From: Holosporales bacterium
GTDB taxonomy: Bacteria > Pseudomonadota > Alphaproteobacteria > BNTO01
Reading direction: 5' to 3'
Length of the DNA stretch: 30,680 nucleotides
NCBI GenBank assembly: GCA_031257945.1
Contig: JAIRNU010000078.1
Location: 1 to 30,680, forward strand
Below are positions 8,501 to 23,500 of the stretch, one piece after another. A program made the translations under genes and the position numbers. The notes under the pieces were generated by a model. That model worked only from the letters and a program-made list of their open reading frames with translations. It was not told the DNA's origin and made no database searches. Position 1 is the stretch's first letter. The number at the start of each line of letters is the position of its first letter.

Positions 8501-11500
8501 TTAATTGCCATAAAACCACTCTAATCCCCCTGTTTTCAGCGCATAGGCAATCGTCTCGACAGCACGGTAGGCACGTATCGCATTCCCGGCATACCGCAAA
8601 TTTTTCGCAAAAGAAGCCCTCTTTCCACTTATCATACGCGCCAAGGATACTTTCAGATACATCAGCAAAAGTTTCTGATAGGCCCTTTATTTTTGCAAGG
8701 AAGTCCGATGGCGCGGTAAGCCTTTTTTCATATGTGTTTTGCATCAACCCGTGCAGTGCCGCGTAGAGGTCTTGATGTGATGACAACGTATTAGCGAAGG
8801 TTTGCACAGCTGTTGCGTACGTCATTTCGTCTGTGGCTAATGGTTTGTATACATTGAAAATAGCGGAATTTGGGAAGTATATAGTCAAAATGTCAGCTAT
8901 TTCGCTGGCTTTTACTATGATTTTCGAAATGCATTCGGCAGCTTGCTCCATATGGCATTCACCATTTATTTCGATATCCTCTATTTGCTTAATAACTGTC
9001 ACGATTCCGGGGGTAATCCCGTCCTTTTGTGTAAACAACGATATAAAGGAGTCAATTGGCAACGAGCATATATTGCTCCAATTAACTGTTACGTATTCAG
9101 AAATTCCATTTATTACTTCGGCTATATACGATGTGTAGTAATTATAATGATGCAATTGCTTTACTGTATCTAAATAGCAGTATCTGGCAAGAATTTCTTG
9201 CAAAGATTCTACACCTATTTGCGCGTTATCAATTAATTCATTCCAATTTTCTGGAATGGCGCCGGTTATACTGTCTTGCTCTGCCTCACAGTAAAAGCAA
9301 AATAACTCCATTTTCGTGGCAAGAATATCGGCTATTAATGTCTTTAACACTGGGAAAATAGGTTTTATTTGTGTCAAAAAGTTGAATAATTGGCGAACGG
9401 CAGGGAAGTGAAATTTCTTATGTTCCAATGCGGCGCATTGCCCGCAAATTGCGTCGTTAAATGCGGCGAGTTGCTTGAAACCTTCGCTTATTGCGCAAAA
9501 CAGCGTGGGGCAGCGGTATGTTGCAGGGTGAATAACGGAAGACTCCGCTGGGGGGTGAAACGCGGTTATTAGCTTATCGACAATGGTCTTTATTTTTAAT
9601 ACGTGTTCTATTTGCTCCACAGCTATGCAGTAACCATCGGATGTATCATCCCCATTGTTCTCTATATTTTCTTCTTGTTCTTGGGGGAATAATTCGTCGA
9701 TAAGCATCGATACCGCGGATACTGTTTCAAGCAGTAGCGCGCCAACAGTGGTTTCCCCTGAGGCAATGTCAATAATCTCATCGTAGCCTTTTATTTGTTC
9801 GGTCAAAATACTTGCCGAGTCCAATAATGTGAAAAGCGTGTATACAAATGTAGAGCAGCATGTCTTTTTTAATATAGTACTTTCTTGGATAAATAAATCT
9901 GGGATGCGTGTGATAGCCGTAAAGGCATCAGCTAAAAGGAACTCAATGCTATTTTTATTTTCGCGCATGCACTCTGTAGGGCTGTAATTAGCCTGCAGGG
10001 AATTTAATAGGTCAGTAAAAAGCGCAGCTAATGTTCCGAAGTACTCCGCGGATTCCGGGTGAAAGTCTTTGACTACGTAATTATCTGAAATATTAACGCT
10101 TTCTTGTATTAAATCTGCTAGTGTGTGCAAATCCGCATTAATCCTGCTGATTAATACTTCATTTGTAACTGTGGTGGTGGGGCCGGCGAAATCATCCGGT
10201 AAATATGTTGGAAGATCTTGGGCAAAAGCCCTCAGCGCCGCGTTTGTTTTTAAATAAATATTGTGCAGATTATCGTCGATATCAGTCAATCCGATGTATT
10301 CAGCGAAATTTATTACGCGGTGCGGGCACACATATTCTTCATTTAAAGAATTTATATTGCTTAATTTTGTGATAGATTGAGGAAAATTTGTTTCCAAAAT
10401 ACTAGTTATTTCTCGCATAGTATTTATAAACGTCGAATGTTCCTCTTCTTCCAAATTTTTGACGAATTGGTTTTTAGTAAATGCAATGGTTTTATTGATT
10501 GCCCTTATGCTGTTATCAATATCAAATAACTTATCGACTTTATGCGGGACGGCTGCGGTTTTTTGCAAAACATCTATAAATTCCGTGTGCGAGTTCAGGA
10601 GGCCCTCCATGGCATCTTTAAGCGGTATTGGATCAGGGACCATATCGTTTTCGCGGATATTATTGAGTATCTCGCGGAATAGTTGCGCCGCTTCTTCCCA
10701 TTTATAGTGAACAACTGTATGGTTAAATAAATCTGTAGTTTGGGCGATGTAAAAAGAATTATTGAGTGATTTTATTATTTCGATTAGCGAGGCATAATCT
10801 CTTTCAATTAGCTGGCCATTGTATGTTTGTGCAGGATAGCCAGCTTTTGGCGGCAAATATACCCCTAATGCCATAAGTTTATCCGTCAATTGTTCCACGC
10901 TATTACTTAAGATTTTATTAACAGAAGCAATAATTTGTGTTTTTTCTGGAAGTGAGGCCGCCGGCTCTGCGGGAACATCGCGGAGGATTTGCTTATACAT
11001 AAGTATTACATTATCGATAAAATTCGCGAACAATTGCACTGTTGTTTTTCTTGCGTCACTTGCGTCTATTCTTAAAAACAAATCCATCTGTTGCGCGAGC
11101 GTTTCAACTAATGCTACAAACTCGTGAAACTCTTTAGCGTATTTTTTGTAAAGCCTATCCTCCATTTGTTGAATAATTTTAAATAATTCTTCTTGAGTTT
11201 TACTTAAAGACGAAATAATCTCGTCGTAATAATATGTATTAGAATTGCAATTTTGGCACACTTTATTGGCAAAAACAGAACAAAAGCGCGCGACTGTATT
11301 CTGAAATTCTTCCACTCCGTAAAGCAACGTTACCAGGCTGTTTTGCAAATTTTGCTGGCTTTCGTAGATGTTTGACGCTTCGGCGTATTGCGTAAAAGCA
11401 TTCAGCTTACCAACAATATCGGCAGCTTTGGCATCAATTAAATCTAAGATTGCAGATACCTTTTGGCAAAAGAGCTCTTCAGAAACGATATGCGCAGTTC

Positions 11501-14500
11501 CGGGCTGCTTTTCCCCGATCAATAATAAGGCGTTACATAAGGCCTGCGTCGCACGGTATAAAAATCTGCATGTTTTTTTCATGTGCGGGGCGATGGCCGG
11601 CGCATTGCAGTGTGCATCTTCTTGTAATTGAATTTTGCCCAACTTATGGGAGGCAATATTTAAACTACATACGGCTTTATTTATATAATTAATCGCCTCA
11701 TCAATTTCTCCTTCTTCAAATATATGTTGATCTATATTTAAATACGGGATAGCGCCATCGAACCCAAACCCAAATTGCTCCAATAAGGAGAGGATGGAGT
11801 ACAGGTACTCATTGCGCGCTACACAACACGTTGGATGTCGCAAAAGGTCACAAATGGCGCTGATACCTGTGACCATGCTTTGGAACACTTGGTCAAGAGC
11901 GACGAAATGCTCTGCCGAGCAAAACCAATTCCAGTCTCCCTGAGCGTACGTACTCTGCATTCCTGAAAATGTTGCAATTATGGCGGATAATACGTCAAGT
12001 ATTTCCTGATCAAAGCACCGCTCATTTCTTTTGGTTCCATTCTCAGATTGAATAACGCCTTTCCACACGGTGATAGCACCGTCCACACTGCATAACGCAT
12101 TTTGCAAGGCGAAAAGGCTGTTTTCAAAGAATTGTACATCGCCGCGGTGTTTTTCTACTGGCTCGATAATAATCGGTTCTTTGTCGTTATCTTGTGTGTA
12201 TTGTTGTACTAAGTCGGTTATATTTTGTACAACAAGTCCTACTTTCAGAAGTTCAAGAAAAAGATTGCGGCGGTCATACTGAATATTTTTTATACTTTCT
12301 ATATGTGTTAATAATGTACTTAACTCGCTTTCGATTAAACTAAGACAAGCTTTTGTATTATTAATATTATTATTTCTAAACAAAAGTAATTTAATATCCG
12401 AAAAAATTGGGAACAAACTGATAATTTTTTTGACAGCATATGTAAGGTTCGAGTAAATCGTATTTTCATATTCAATAATTGCTGAGTTGGAACTTTGTAC
12501 CCCGTCCGCAACATTTGCCAGCAAATCCAGAGTATCTGCTTTAAAGGTCTCCGTCGGTCTTCCACGAATCGCACAAACTTCCCCATTTATCAGGAGGAAT
12601 TTTATGTACTCCATGGCGTCTATTTGTTCAGCCAAAACAGTATTAACCCCTTGCCACGAGGACTGTATGTTTTCATAAAAATCGACGTCTAAGTTGGCAA
12701 GGTTTTTTGCGAGGGCACCGGGTTGCACTTGGTACTCGTTTGGCGGGTCTTTATTTATTGTAAAAGTATTCTTTATGTCGTTCATTTCATCCATAATACG
12801 AAGTGAATCGGAAACAATTGCCTGTAGTATATCTAAAATATAATTATCTTTGTCTATTTCGGTAAAACAAATTTGGTAATTCCCAGATTCCATTCTTGGA
12901 ATTATTTTGTTGGAATTTTCACATATTTGTTGAAAGATTTCCTTTATATTATCGATATATCCCGAAATATTTTCTGAACATTCTGTATCCAAAGAATATT
13001 GTTGAGCCGCCAATATTATTTCTTCCATAACACTATTAATTCCCTCGTAGTTGCTGGAGATAGCGGTTATTTGATCAAGGTACTTTTGGCAGGCGTCGTT
13101 ATGCCCGTACGCTAGCCCTATTTTTTGCCAGGAATCAATAATGGCCTCAGACGGGAATAACGTTTCAGCAATTTCTTTTTCTAATGGCGTTACGTTGTAT
13201 GTGAAGCGTATCTTGGCCCAGCGGGACAGATGAAACGCCTTATAAAATATCTTTGAAACGATATCACTGGATACACCTGTTTCAATGGCATCTTGCAAAA
13301 TAGTATTAAACAAAGCGTCATCTTTTGTTTTATTGTGTTGCAGCGCTTCTACATCTTCTTTTATTTGCTGTTCTGAGAAGACGACTTGAGGTAATTGCTC
13401 AAACTCAACCTGTTTTTCAAGGTTCATATAGTGCAGGAAAGCTTTTTGGCTTTCGTCTATTTGTCGCAAAAATTGTACAAGTGCGGGGAAGCCACACTCC
13501 TGCGGTCCCTCACCGATTTGTTCAAAAAAATTGTTCCAAGTGTCAAACAGAGAAGTTATTACTGGCATTAATTCTGGCGCGTGAAGTATTTCCGTAATTT
13601 TGAAAAGTCCAATTAATTTTTGGATATTTAGGTTGTTTTGCAAAATATTATGCACCGCCTCAGACAACATCGAATATTCCAACGCCTTTATCGTGTCTTT
13701 TATCGTGCAAAAACTTGCTTCTAATGAATTAGTCCATTGCAGCATATCATTTACAGACGCGAATATTTGCACCGGGTTGCAACTTTCGCAAGTAATGTGC
13801 TTGCTCTTCAACAAAGCAAATGCCGTGGCCACAGTGTTAACCGCAGTTTGCAAATTATGTACTCGATCTTCGAATGCTTTCTTATATGGAATGGGAACAC
13901 CGATTGGCGGCGATACGTAGTAGGCTAACGTTTCGCAAATGTCGCGTATTTTGTGCAGAGTTTGTTCGATTTTGTACAAAAAAACTTCTTTTTTGGCGCA
14001 ATTATCGATATTTTCTACCGCTTTTAGGTTTAGCGATTGCGTTGCGGGGATCCCGTACACACCCTCTATACATAATAGGTTTTCATTTATAACTGTGGTG
14101 CTGTTTTTCACACTACTAAGCAATGCCGAATACGCCGCGTCTAAGCAATCGAAATCATCTACTTTGCCAGATAGCGCAGTGCTTATGTTAAGCAGCTCTG
14201 CCGTTATACAATCCAAGGCAAACAGGATGTCGGCGTCTTGCTGCGCAGCAAGTGTTTGCTGCGCCTTTGGAATAATTTTGGCAAAAGAGTGCGCACAAAA
14301 GTAGAGTTGAGTACGGATTTGATCAATAATCGTGGCGGTCTCCGTACAGCAAGTCGGATGCTTTAATTGTGTAGAAAAGTTATGTATTGCTTCTTGTATG
14401 TTTGCCGTATTATATAGTAAATTACTTATATTTTCTGATATTATTTGATTTATATTTATAAAATCGTAGTCGATTTTGTATGGAGCCAATAGCCATTCGT

Positions 14501-17500
14501 CGGACAGCATAGTAAATCTCTTCGCTATTTCCATCAAAGCATTGCGTATTCTAATGTCTGTAGATTCAGTGTGAATGTCCTCAAATATCGGGACTGTAGT
14601 ATTTGCAATAGCGTGTTCGCCGAAGGCATTCTGAGCCCAATCGGTAATCTCCTCTAAAATTTTTATGTGTTGTTTGCGAAGGGCCTCCGTTGCCTTTCCA
14701 TGCTTTTCAATGGCGATACTTTCGTGCAATATATCCGTATTGGTTTTAAGTTTTAATGAAGTTTTCGCAAAGTTTGTGAAGAAAGTTTTAGCTTGTGAAA
14801 GAGTGCTGTGTTGTATTAACTCAGTATAAATTGATAGTTGTTCTATTATTGCTGCAATTTCGTTGTGGAAATGCCCTTCGTAAGAGGGCTCTTTATGTTT
14901 TATAATGTTGAACACGCGGCTAATATTTAATTTTATGTCATTAATACCTCTCGCCAAAGAATAAAGTATAAGCGAACATTCATGAACATTTGGTATTTTG
15001 ACAAGGCTGGTGGCCAAAGCCACATCGCAAATTTGATTTTGCAAAAAATCGAGCGTCCCAATTAATGTCGATAATAAATCCACTATTTCTTCGTGGAAGC
15101 GAAGTATATCATGTCCGGCCAAAGTGTTCGCGAGCTCATTTATTGCATCTGCGATGTAAAGAGTATACTTATATATACGCGTTAGTGAGACGGCAACCTC
15201 AGGCGCTCTCGCGAGCGGATATACAGGAGGCGGATCGCTTTTTGTTATTGCGAGGACGTGGTCGGCGCACAGAGACATTGCGGTCACTATTCCCTGAAGT
15301 GCATTTGATAGGCCCGTAAGCGGCGGGTTATTCTTGTATTCTGACATAGTGTGCAGCTCTTGCTGCGTGGTTTCCAGGTCTGGGCCGCTACCAACCAAAT
15401 CTGCGAGTTCGTTTCTCACGGTATCAGCTGGCTCGCCAAAATCCAGATCCTCCACGAAAAACGGGCTCAGCGTTTTTGCGGCGGTTTCGACTTTTTTCGC
15501 GGCCTCTTCCAACAAAGTTACGCTATCTAAGATAATGCTTATGTCGTTTACCTGTGATAGCGCGATAAAGATATCCTCGAAATCGTCGGAAATTTTATTA
15601 ATTTCGTCTTTTATTTTTGCGGATTTCTCCTCAAAGGCCGCTTGATTATGCAGCAAAGATTGCGGTGCTGTTGCTGTGGCAAAGAGCGCGGCCAGGCCCT
15701 TCAGCCTCAAAGCAATAGCTTGAATTTGGCTTAGATTTTCAGGCGTTATAACGTGCTTATGGCTTATAATAGCCTCGTTTATTATGGCAGCATCAACGTG
15801 GTGTGCGGCTAGGGCTTCGATTATGCGGTCCCAGTAATGCGCGGCAATACTAGGCGTATACGGGAGAATTTCGACAAAGCTACCGGATACGAAGTTAAAC
15901 ATTTCGAAGATTTCTGCTACTTTTTGCAAATTAATGCTCTTTTGGGCGCTATGAGCTGGGTGATTTAGCGCAGAAAATAACGGGGCGCTCATTGTGTCCA
16001 AAAAAGCCGCAAACTCCAATAAGGCGTCATTCATGTCCGTATCCGATTGAAAAGCCAAGGCCGTCAGCTGCGAAATAAATTCCGAGCAAGACAACACGCC
16101 GCTGCAAATTCGGCCTAACGCCGCGCCATCCTTTTTATCGCAGCAAAATATTGCTAGAGAGTCCTTCAGGAAAATAAACGTGACTTTGACATTGCTAACA
16201 GCGTCAATAGCTTTTTCGAAAAAGTCATTAAAGTCGTCGGCGTTAGCGTCTGCCCGATCAATACATTGTTGGCAAAATGTTCCAAAAGGTGATGCTTTAT
16301 CAATAAGATTGTCTAAAAATGCAACTACAGAATCCAAAGTACTTATAATGTTATCGATAGCGCTAAAACTTGAAGAATTAAATGGCGTTGTTAAGCCGTA
16401 ACTTTGCACAAAATGCACTGTGTTCTTTATTTCTAAATAAATTGCATTAATGGCATTTACTATATTATTGTTCACCTCTTTAACTAAAAGGCAAAATACA
16501 TCAGCTTGGGTAAGTTCTTCTACTTGATGTACCTGTGGAACTTCTTCATCAGATATAGTCGCATTGGTTCCGTTAAGTACGGCGACAATGCTGCGCAATG
16601 CAGTGTTAATATAATCGGATTTGCATTTGCCCGTTGGACTAATCGGTTCATCGTAAATTGTTTGAATATAATCGAAGTATTGTTCTAAAGATTCTTTATC
16701 AAAAGCAGCAGCAATATTGTTTAATATAGTATTAACATCTAGCGTATTGTGTAGGGGATTTGTGATAATATAATTTATATTATTAGCAGTATTTGTGAGC
16801 GCAATTGCAATGTCCTGAAGAGTTAGTACTAAGGAGGCACAACAAAGTGATGCATCATAACAATCGTGTATTTCCATTACTTGCTGATAAAGTAAAAATA
16901 ACGCTTGATGAAGGGATGTGTAGTTTTCAATCCAATCCTCGTAAGTAACGATACCATTATTGTGTGCATCGATTATTGTGTATATATTTTCTAAAAATGG
17001 GGTAAGTGCCTGTGATTCGATGTTTTCGATTTGCTCGGCGATAGCTTTGAGGCTAGACGTGATTTCCCCATTTCTAACAACTTTTGCTGCATTATTTTTT
17101 AATTCCGTCACAACAGAGCTCAGGGCGCTGGCATATTCCTCAAAAATAAGGGGAAGCAGCGCGATATCCTGGCAAAGTACGGCCTCACTAAAAAGCGGTG
17201 GATCAGCAATCAATGCCGTGTTATCTTCCTCCCATTCCCCATAAAACGAATCCGTTACGACATCTTTTAGTTCTGGTTCGAACGTAACTGCGGCGTCGAA
17301 GATTTGCGCATATGCTAAAAGTGCGGCGTGGTAATCCTCGGAATCGTCTCCTATTTCTATACTTTTAAAATCGGCAATAAATGTTGCAATTTTATCTGAT
17401 ATATACTTTACGGCGTTATTTACTTTCTTGTTGTTGAAATCATCGATATTTGCTGAAGAATTTTGTATTGCTGTTGTTATTTGATCGCATGATGATATTT

Positions 17501-20500
17501 GCTTTTTTAGTGTATTCAGGAACGTCCTAAAAGAAAAAGATATTCCCTGCCAGTAGCGTACTTCAAGATCAGCCATTATTGGCTCGATTACTTCAACGAT
17601 ATTGTCCATTTCGTTGCCAATATCTCGCAGGATATATTTATCAAGAGAATCAGTTCTTGCGCAGAATTGTATTTGACTATTAGAAAGGTCGTGTAGCGCA
17701 GCTTTCACCGCTAACAATGCATCCCTTAATGACGCGAACGAATCTAATACTTCTTTAGAGTATGTTTGGTCAATATCCATGTTTTGTCGAATGTGTTGTT
17801 CGAGTATCGCAAAGTAACCATCCGAAGGATTACTTAATTCCCGCATATTTTGTAAAATTTTCGTAAGATAAACCGCAATTTTTTCATGCTGGACCGCGTG
17901 CAGGGCATAGCTACTATAATCTGACGGCAAAGACCAAGCCGTTGCCTCGATAATATCGCTGCAAGATGCGATGGCATTATAACAATCAGGGAGACTGTCG
18001 TTTATATCCGAAAGCATTGGGGCAATGCTTTCCGCTCTATCCCGGAAAAGGCCGGCGGGAGCATGCTGAAAAGCGGAATCTATAGATGAGATATAGCTAC
18101 CGATATTAGTTATTTCCTCCGAAATTTTGGTTATTTGCTCGGCGATTAATTGCTTTTGTGGCGATGGCGTCGCACCAATATCATCATCGGTTTCTGGTAA
18201 CGATGCCACGCACACGTTAATTTTTAATAAAATATTTCGTACAGCGGTGGCAACGGTTTCTCCGCATGGCGGGTTGTTGTTGTTTGCAATAACTTGCCCT
18301 GCCAAAGAAACAATATCTTTTAATATTTTCTCAATATTTATATATACACCGTTGAATATATCAGTCTCTTGTATGGCATTAATAATATATTGTACAAATA
18401 TCCCACTAGTAATTATTAAATCAGAAACTATAGGATGTGGCGCTAATTCTGTTTGCGCAAACCAATGGCACAGTTTAGAAAAATTTGAAAGTATGTCCTC
18501 GCTCACCTCTATAATTTTGGCCAAATTGATTTCGTATTGCTCTTGCGTAATTTGCGCTAAAAAGCTTCTGTTTGTTACTTTTTCTACGTCAAAAAGGGGT
18601 TCTTTCGTCCAAATTGCGGCTTTTATTAACGTCGTAATTTTTTGTATAGAGGAAATAACATTGCCGTTAACTTTTTGCGCAACGATTTTTTTGATGCTGT
18701 CAGCGAGGCTATAAACAAATTTATCAATTTGTGGAGTATTCGTTGGGTCAATAATATCGTTGTCTAATAAAAATTGCAGTACTTGGGCGAGTTCTTCTAA
18801 TGGTCCAAGTAATTTATACTGTGCCTCTACTTTCTTTTTAATTTTAAATTCTACATAAGTTTCAGCTAACAAACCCAGTGCATCAGGCTTTATCGCTTGT
18901 AATAAATCCTGTTGGTGTGCGTGCAATGGTTTCTCGCAAAAAACGCACTGGGAAAGGTGCTCCAAACCGTCGCTGTTTTGCAAAAAATCTTGCAACTTTG
19001 TTTTCATTATATGTATGCGTGTGTGGGCCTCGCTTAACTGCTGATGTATTTCTTCCGAATAAATTAGGTATTCGCCTTTCCAATAAATCGCAAGGTCATT
19101 AATCGATTCAAAAATTGCATTGAGTTTTGCAGTTATACTTGTTAATGCAAATGTTACTCTTTCGCTAGCGGGGATTTTATCGTAGTCCTTTTTGAACGGC
19201 TCTATATCAATGTTGTAACACAGCAATATAGTTCTGATCGCATTGCAAAGGTCCTCTGTTTCACTTTCTATTTGGTCAATACTTTGTTCAACAGTAGGCA
19301 GGGACAGTGCATCTGGTATGGTTTTTAAAATACTGTTTATACTAGATATATACTCGTTAATAGGTAGCGCTGGAATAGCTCCGTTCTTTTGTAGATTTAC
19401 TATTTGCTTAAAATATATTGCTAAATTAGTAATATTTTCCTCTATATTAATTATTTTTGCAGTATATATACGGCACGCCTCATTATCCAAAAGCTTTTGC
19501 ACAAAAAGGCCGATGTTCTGCCGTATTTGCCCGCAAATTTCGCGAATTCCCCCCAGAATGGCAGCTTCTTCAGCTTTGCGGAATGCGTTGCACTCAGGGC
19601 ACTTCGCATAAAGTATAGTTGAGTCTTTCATTATATCATTAATGAAAGAGGAAATGTGCTGTAGAGAGTCTACTGCATTTATACTGTAAAGATTTGTATT
19701 TATATTAGCGAAAATTGTGGCGATATGCTGTTCAAGTAAAACACAAATACTTTCAAGAATTTCTTTAATTAAATATAAATCCCCCATTCGTTGAGTACAG
19801 GAAAATTTGAATGGAGGGATAGTATTAGCCGCTTCAGCCGTCTCAGCAACCTCAGCTGTTCTAATTAAACGGTCCAAAAATTCGCTTATTCCAGGAAGAT
19901 CTAACGGGGCGTGGCCTTGGGGTTGTAGTAATAGCTGGTTCTCTAACAGCGCCATTACCGTTTCATCCGCCGCGGCCCGCAGTATATCTTCAAAGCGCAA
20001 TAATTTTTCCAATATATTGTGTGTATATAGCGCAGTATTCGCGCAGCATTTATCGCTAATACTTTCGGCGATTTGCTTTATGGCAAAGGAAAGTTCTTTG
20101 GTAATATCGTGCAACTCCTGCAAAGCAAGTGTTTCTTGTATCGAAATGCTTTGGTTTGTACATTTCTGGCATGAGTACTTGGATGTAATGTCCTCTAAAA
20201 AGGGCAGGCTATTATCCGCGCCTAAGAAACTATTCGCGATATTTACAATTAAGTTTTTGTATTCCGTGTTTACCGCGGCGTCGAAATCTTTTTCTAGAAT
20301 ATCTGCAATATCGTACAGTTGTGCCGTTATCCCCTTTAATAATACGGTATACTTTCGCAAGTATACGTCTTTGTAATCCTCAAGCGGCACACTGAAATAA
20401 TCGAAATCGAAATATGGTGCCGCGAAGTCTATATCGTCGTATTTTTGGGCGATAGCGTAGATCGCAGCACCAACGGCGGCAATTTTCTCTTCCGTTGGTC

Positions 20501-23500
20501 GGGTGCGCAGTGTGTCGAGCAAAGTATTAAGACAGCCAAAAGACTTCGCCAACACTTCTTTTGCGGACTTTGTACCTAAGTTCGATTTTATTAAACTTAA
20601 GGCATACGATATTGTATTTGTGACTTGAAGCGCCCGCGCGAAAGACATTTTTTGTTGATTTTCGCAAGTATCCGGAAGTCGAGCGTTTTTATCCGTATCA
20701 TCCGATATTTCGTTTAAAATTGCGATTAATTGTGGGGAGTTAATATTACTTTCCGCACATAGTATTTCGTGATCATATATCGTCCCCGCCAATGAATGCA
20801 ATACGGACGATGCCTCAGAAAGGGCTCCGCGAATGCCGGCGTTCTTATGATTCTGTCCGCTAATAAATGCTGTATAGTACGATTGTTTTAACGCACCGCT
20901 TAATGTACTTAAACAATGGTACAAGTTCAGGCATTCGTTGCAACTCTCCTCTATACTTTCAAACACGTCAGGGGGAGCAAGCGCAATCGCCCAAGCCCAT
21001 ATATCCTCTATCCACGCCAGCACGTCCCCCATTTCTTGCTGAAGACTTGCGTTTTCTACATCTGTACTAAACGCCTCAAATAAACGCGCATTGTGAAGGA
21101 GTATTCTTGCCGTTTGTACAATACACCTTTCCACGGTCGCCCCAGCATCCAACAAATTTGCCTCTTGGATTTGCTGGGCAATTGCTTTAGCTATGTTAGC
21201 GCACCGCCGGAAGATATTCTTCTTTGCCGTTGTGCAATGGCGCTCCTCTCGAGGATACAAAGCGTCATACAGGTAGAGGGCTTGCGCGGCCATTCCCTTA
21301 ATCTTTTCCTGAATTTCCCTTATTATAAGTATTTGTTCTTGCGAATAGCTATTCACCGGGCCCTCTATACCAATTTCTATATTAGCTATTCCGTAAAGTT
21401 CCGCACTTATGCGTTGGATCGCCTCCCGCTCCTCCATCGAAAAATTGTAATTATTTATAATAGTATTATTGCAAATATGTACAATTTTATCCCCGATATT
21501 TGTTATTTGTTGTAGTATCCTTCTCAAATATACATTATCTGTATTCTCGTTTTGTGGTATTGACGGCGGAGCATGAGGGACAGGATCAACATCGTAGCAA
21601 TCCTTCCAATAATTAAGTTCTTTAAAAATATCATCCAAGTTTATCCCCGTTTCGCTACTTACCCCTGCCTCAAGAGCTCTTTTTATATTTTCAATACCAG
21701 ATAAAATATAAGAAATATTAATGCTTTGCTCCGATTGTATTAACCGATCAACTATATTCTCTATTTTGTACAATACCGCCGTTATATCATATAGTCTTTG
21801 CCTTATGAATGGTGGGGTTTGCGACTGCTCTGCCAGTACTTTCAACAAAGTCTCCCAATATGTTGAAGTATCAATTATATCGCTACGAAACTGCTCCGGA
21901 TTTCTTATTTCTAATTGTATGCCGCTGTGGTAATTTAGCATATATTTAAAATTCGTAAAGTAATCGGCGTACTCTTTCCAAAAAATTTTGTAAATATTGG
22001 CCTTTTCGGCCAGACCTGCGATCCCCTGACAATCAAGCAGTTCGAGCCCCTCCGAAAATGAAGTCACAATATACTGTACAATCGAATTATACAAAGATGC
22101 GGCTTGTATTAAATTTGGCGCAATAGTTTGTAGATTTTCAATACTTGGGGGAATTGGGACGAACGCGCCACCCTCTCCAATAATTTCGCGTAAATCCATC
22201 CAAAGTTGTGCGATTCTCGCATTGCTCAGCCATGCCTCCGGCTTTTGCAAAAAATTTGAGAGAACCCCGTGCCACCGGTCAAAAATATCCAGGGCCCCAG
22301 CCTTATCTGGATTATTGTAAATTAAATCCCCGACAGCCTGCGTTGTGCAAAGCAAAATTTGCGGAAGCCTTATGCACGCCTCTACCTGATAATAATTTTC
22401 GAAAGAATCCCAAGTCGCCTGCAAAAAATCGAAAGCATCCCGTAAGCCGCTATAAGCGGTTTGCAGTGTGACGGACAAAATATCGCTTCCACTGTTATTT
22501 TCGCAAGACGCCGCTGCATTGCGCAAGACATCCATTACGCCTTCCGCGAAATCGCATATTACTTGCGCCTTAAAGTCTATTGGCTTCCAAAGGTCCGACG
22601 GCGGGGCCGTTGCATTATACGCAAAAGTATTAATATTAGCGGATATTTTCTGAATATACTGCATAACTTTATGACGGATAACTTCTACTAGTTCGTGCGC
22701 ATTTATTTCACTATATCGCAAAATATCTGTAACTTTTTTGCTGCGCCTGTAGTCCCCCCAAACGGCCCCCAATACTTCGTTTACAGTAGAAAATATATCA
22801 CTATAATTATCATCCACTTTTATTTTTTGTGTTATTCCTTGGACAACGCTGTTATAGGAAGTAAATATTTTGTCATGTATATCGGGTAACTCGTGCACAA
22901 CCCGCTTCGTAATGGCTTCGATATTGGCAACAATATCCAAAAACGGCAAAGCCAAAGCCGCGGCTGCCTCGCAATCCTTGTAAGCATTAATATTTTTATC
23001 TACCGTAAGTATTGCTGTTTGTATTTCTCGCAAAAGGTATATCTTTTTCGCCAAAAAGTCTTTCTTAATTTCAATATTTTTTATTGGGCTTTGTAGCAAA
23101 TCCACATACTGTTCCGCCGCATCAATTACATTTTGCATTCCAGAACAAAACGTTTTGAAAAACGAAGAGAGGGCGGGCAGATCGTCTTTGGCAATACTGT
23201 TAAAAAAACCAATATTCCCCTCTAGTATTTTGACATCATTTAAAATCCCGTTTATTAACATAATAATTTGCGGGAATATATTTTCTAATGTAAGCCCTTC
23301 CACGGAAATATCTGCGAAAGTATCTATACCATTTTCCAAAATATCCCATAAATTTTTAACAAGTACCGTAAATCCTGCGAAAAAATCACTGGCCAAATCT
23401 ACGTGCGTATTTAATTCTCTTATTACAAGTAATAATTGGTTATACTCGTTCTGCGAATTATATAATGGCGCCGAACACAAGGCGTGTATTTCATTTGATA

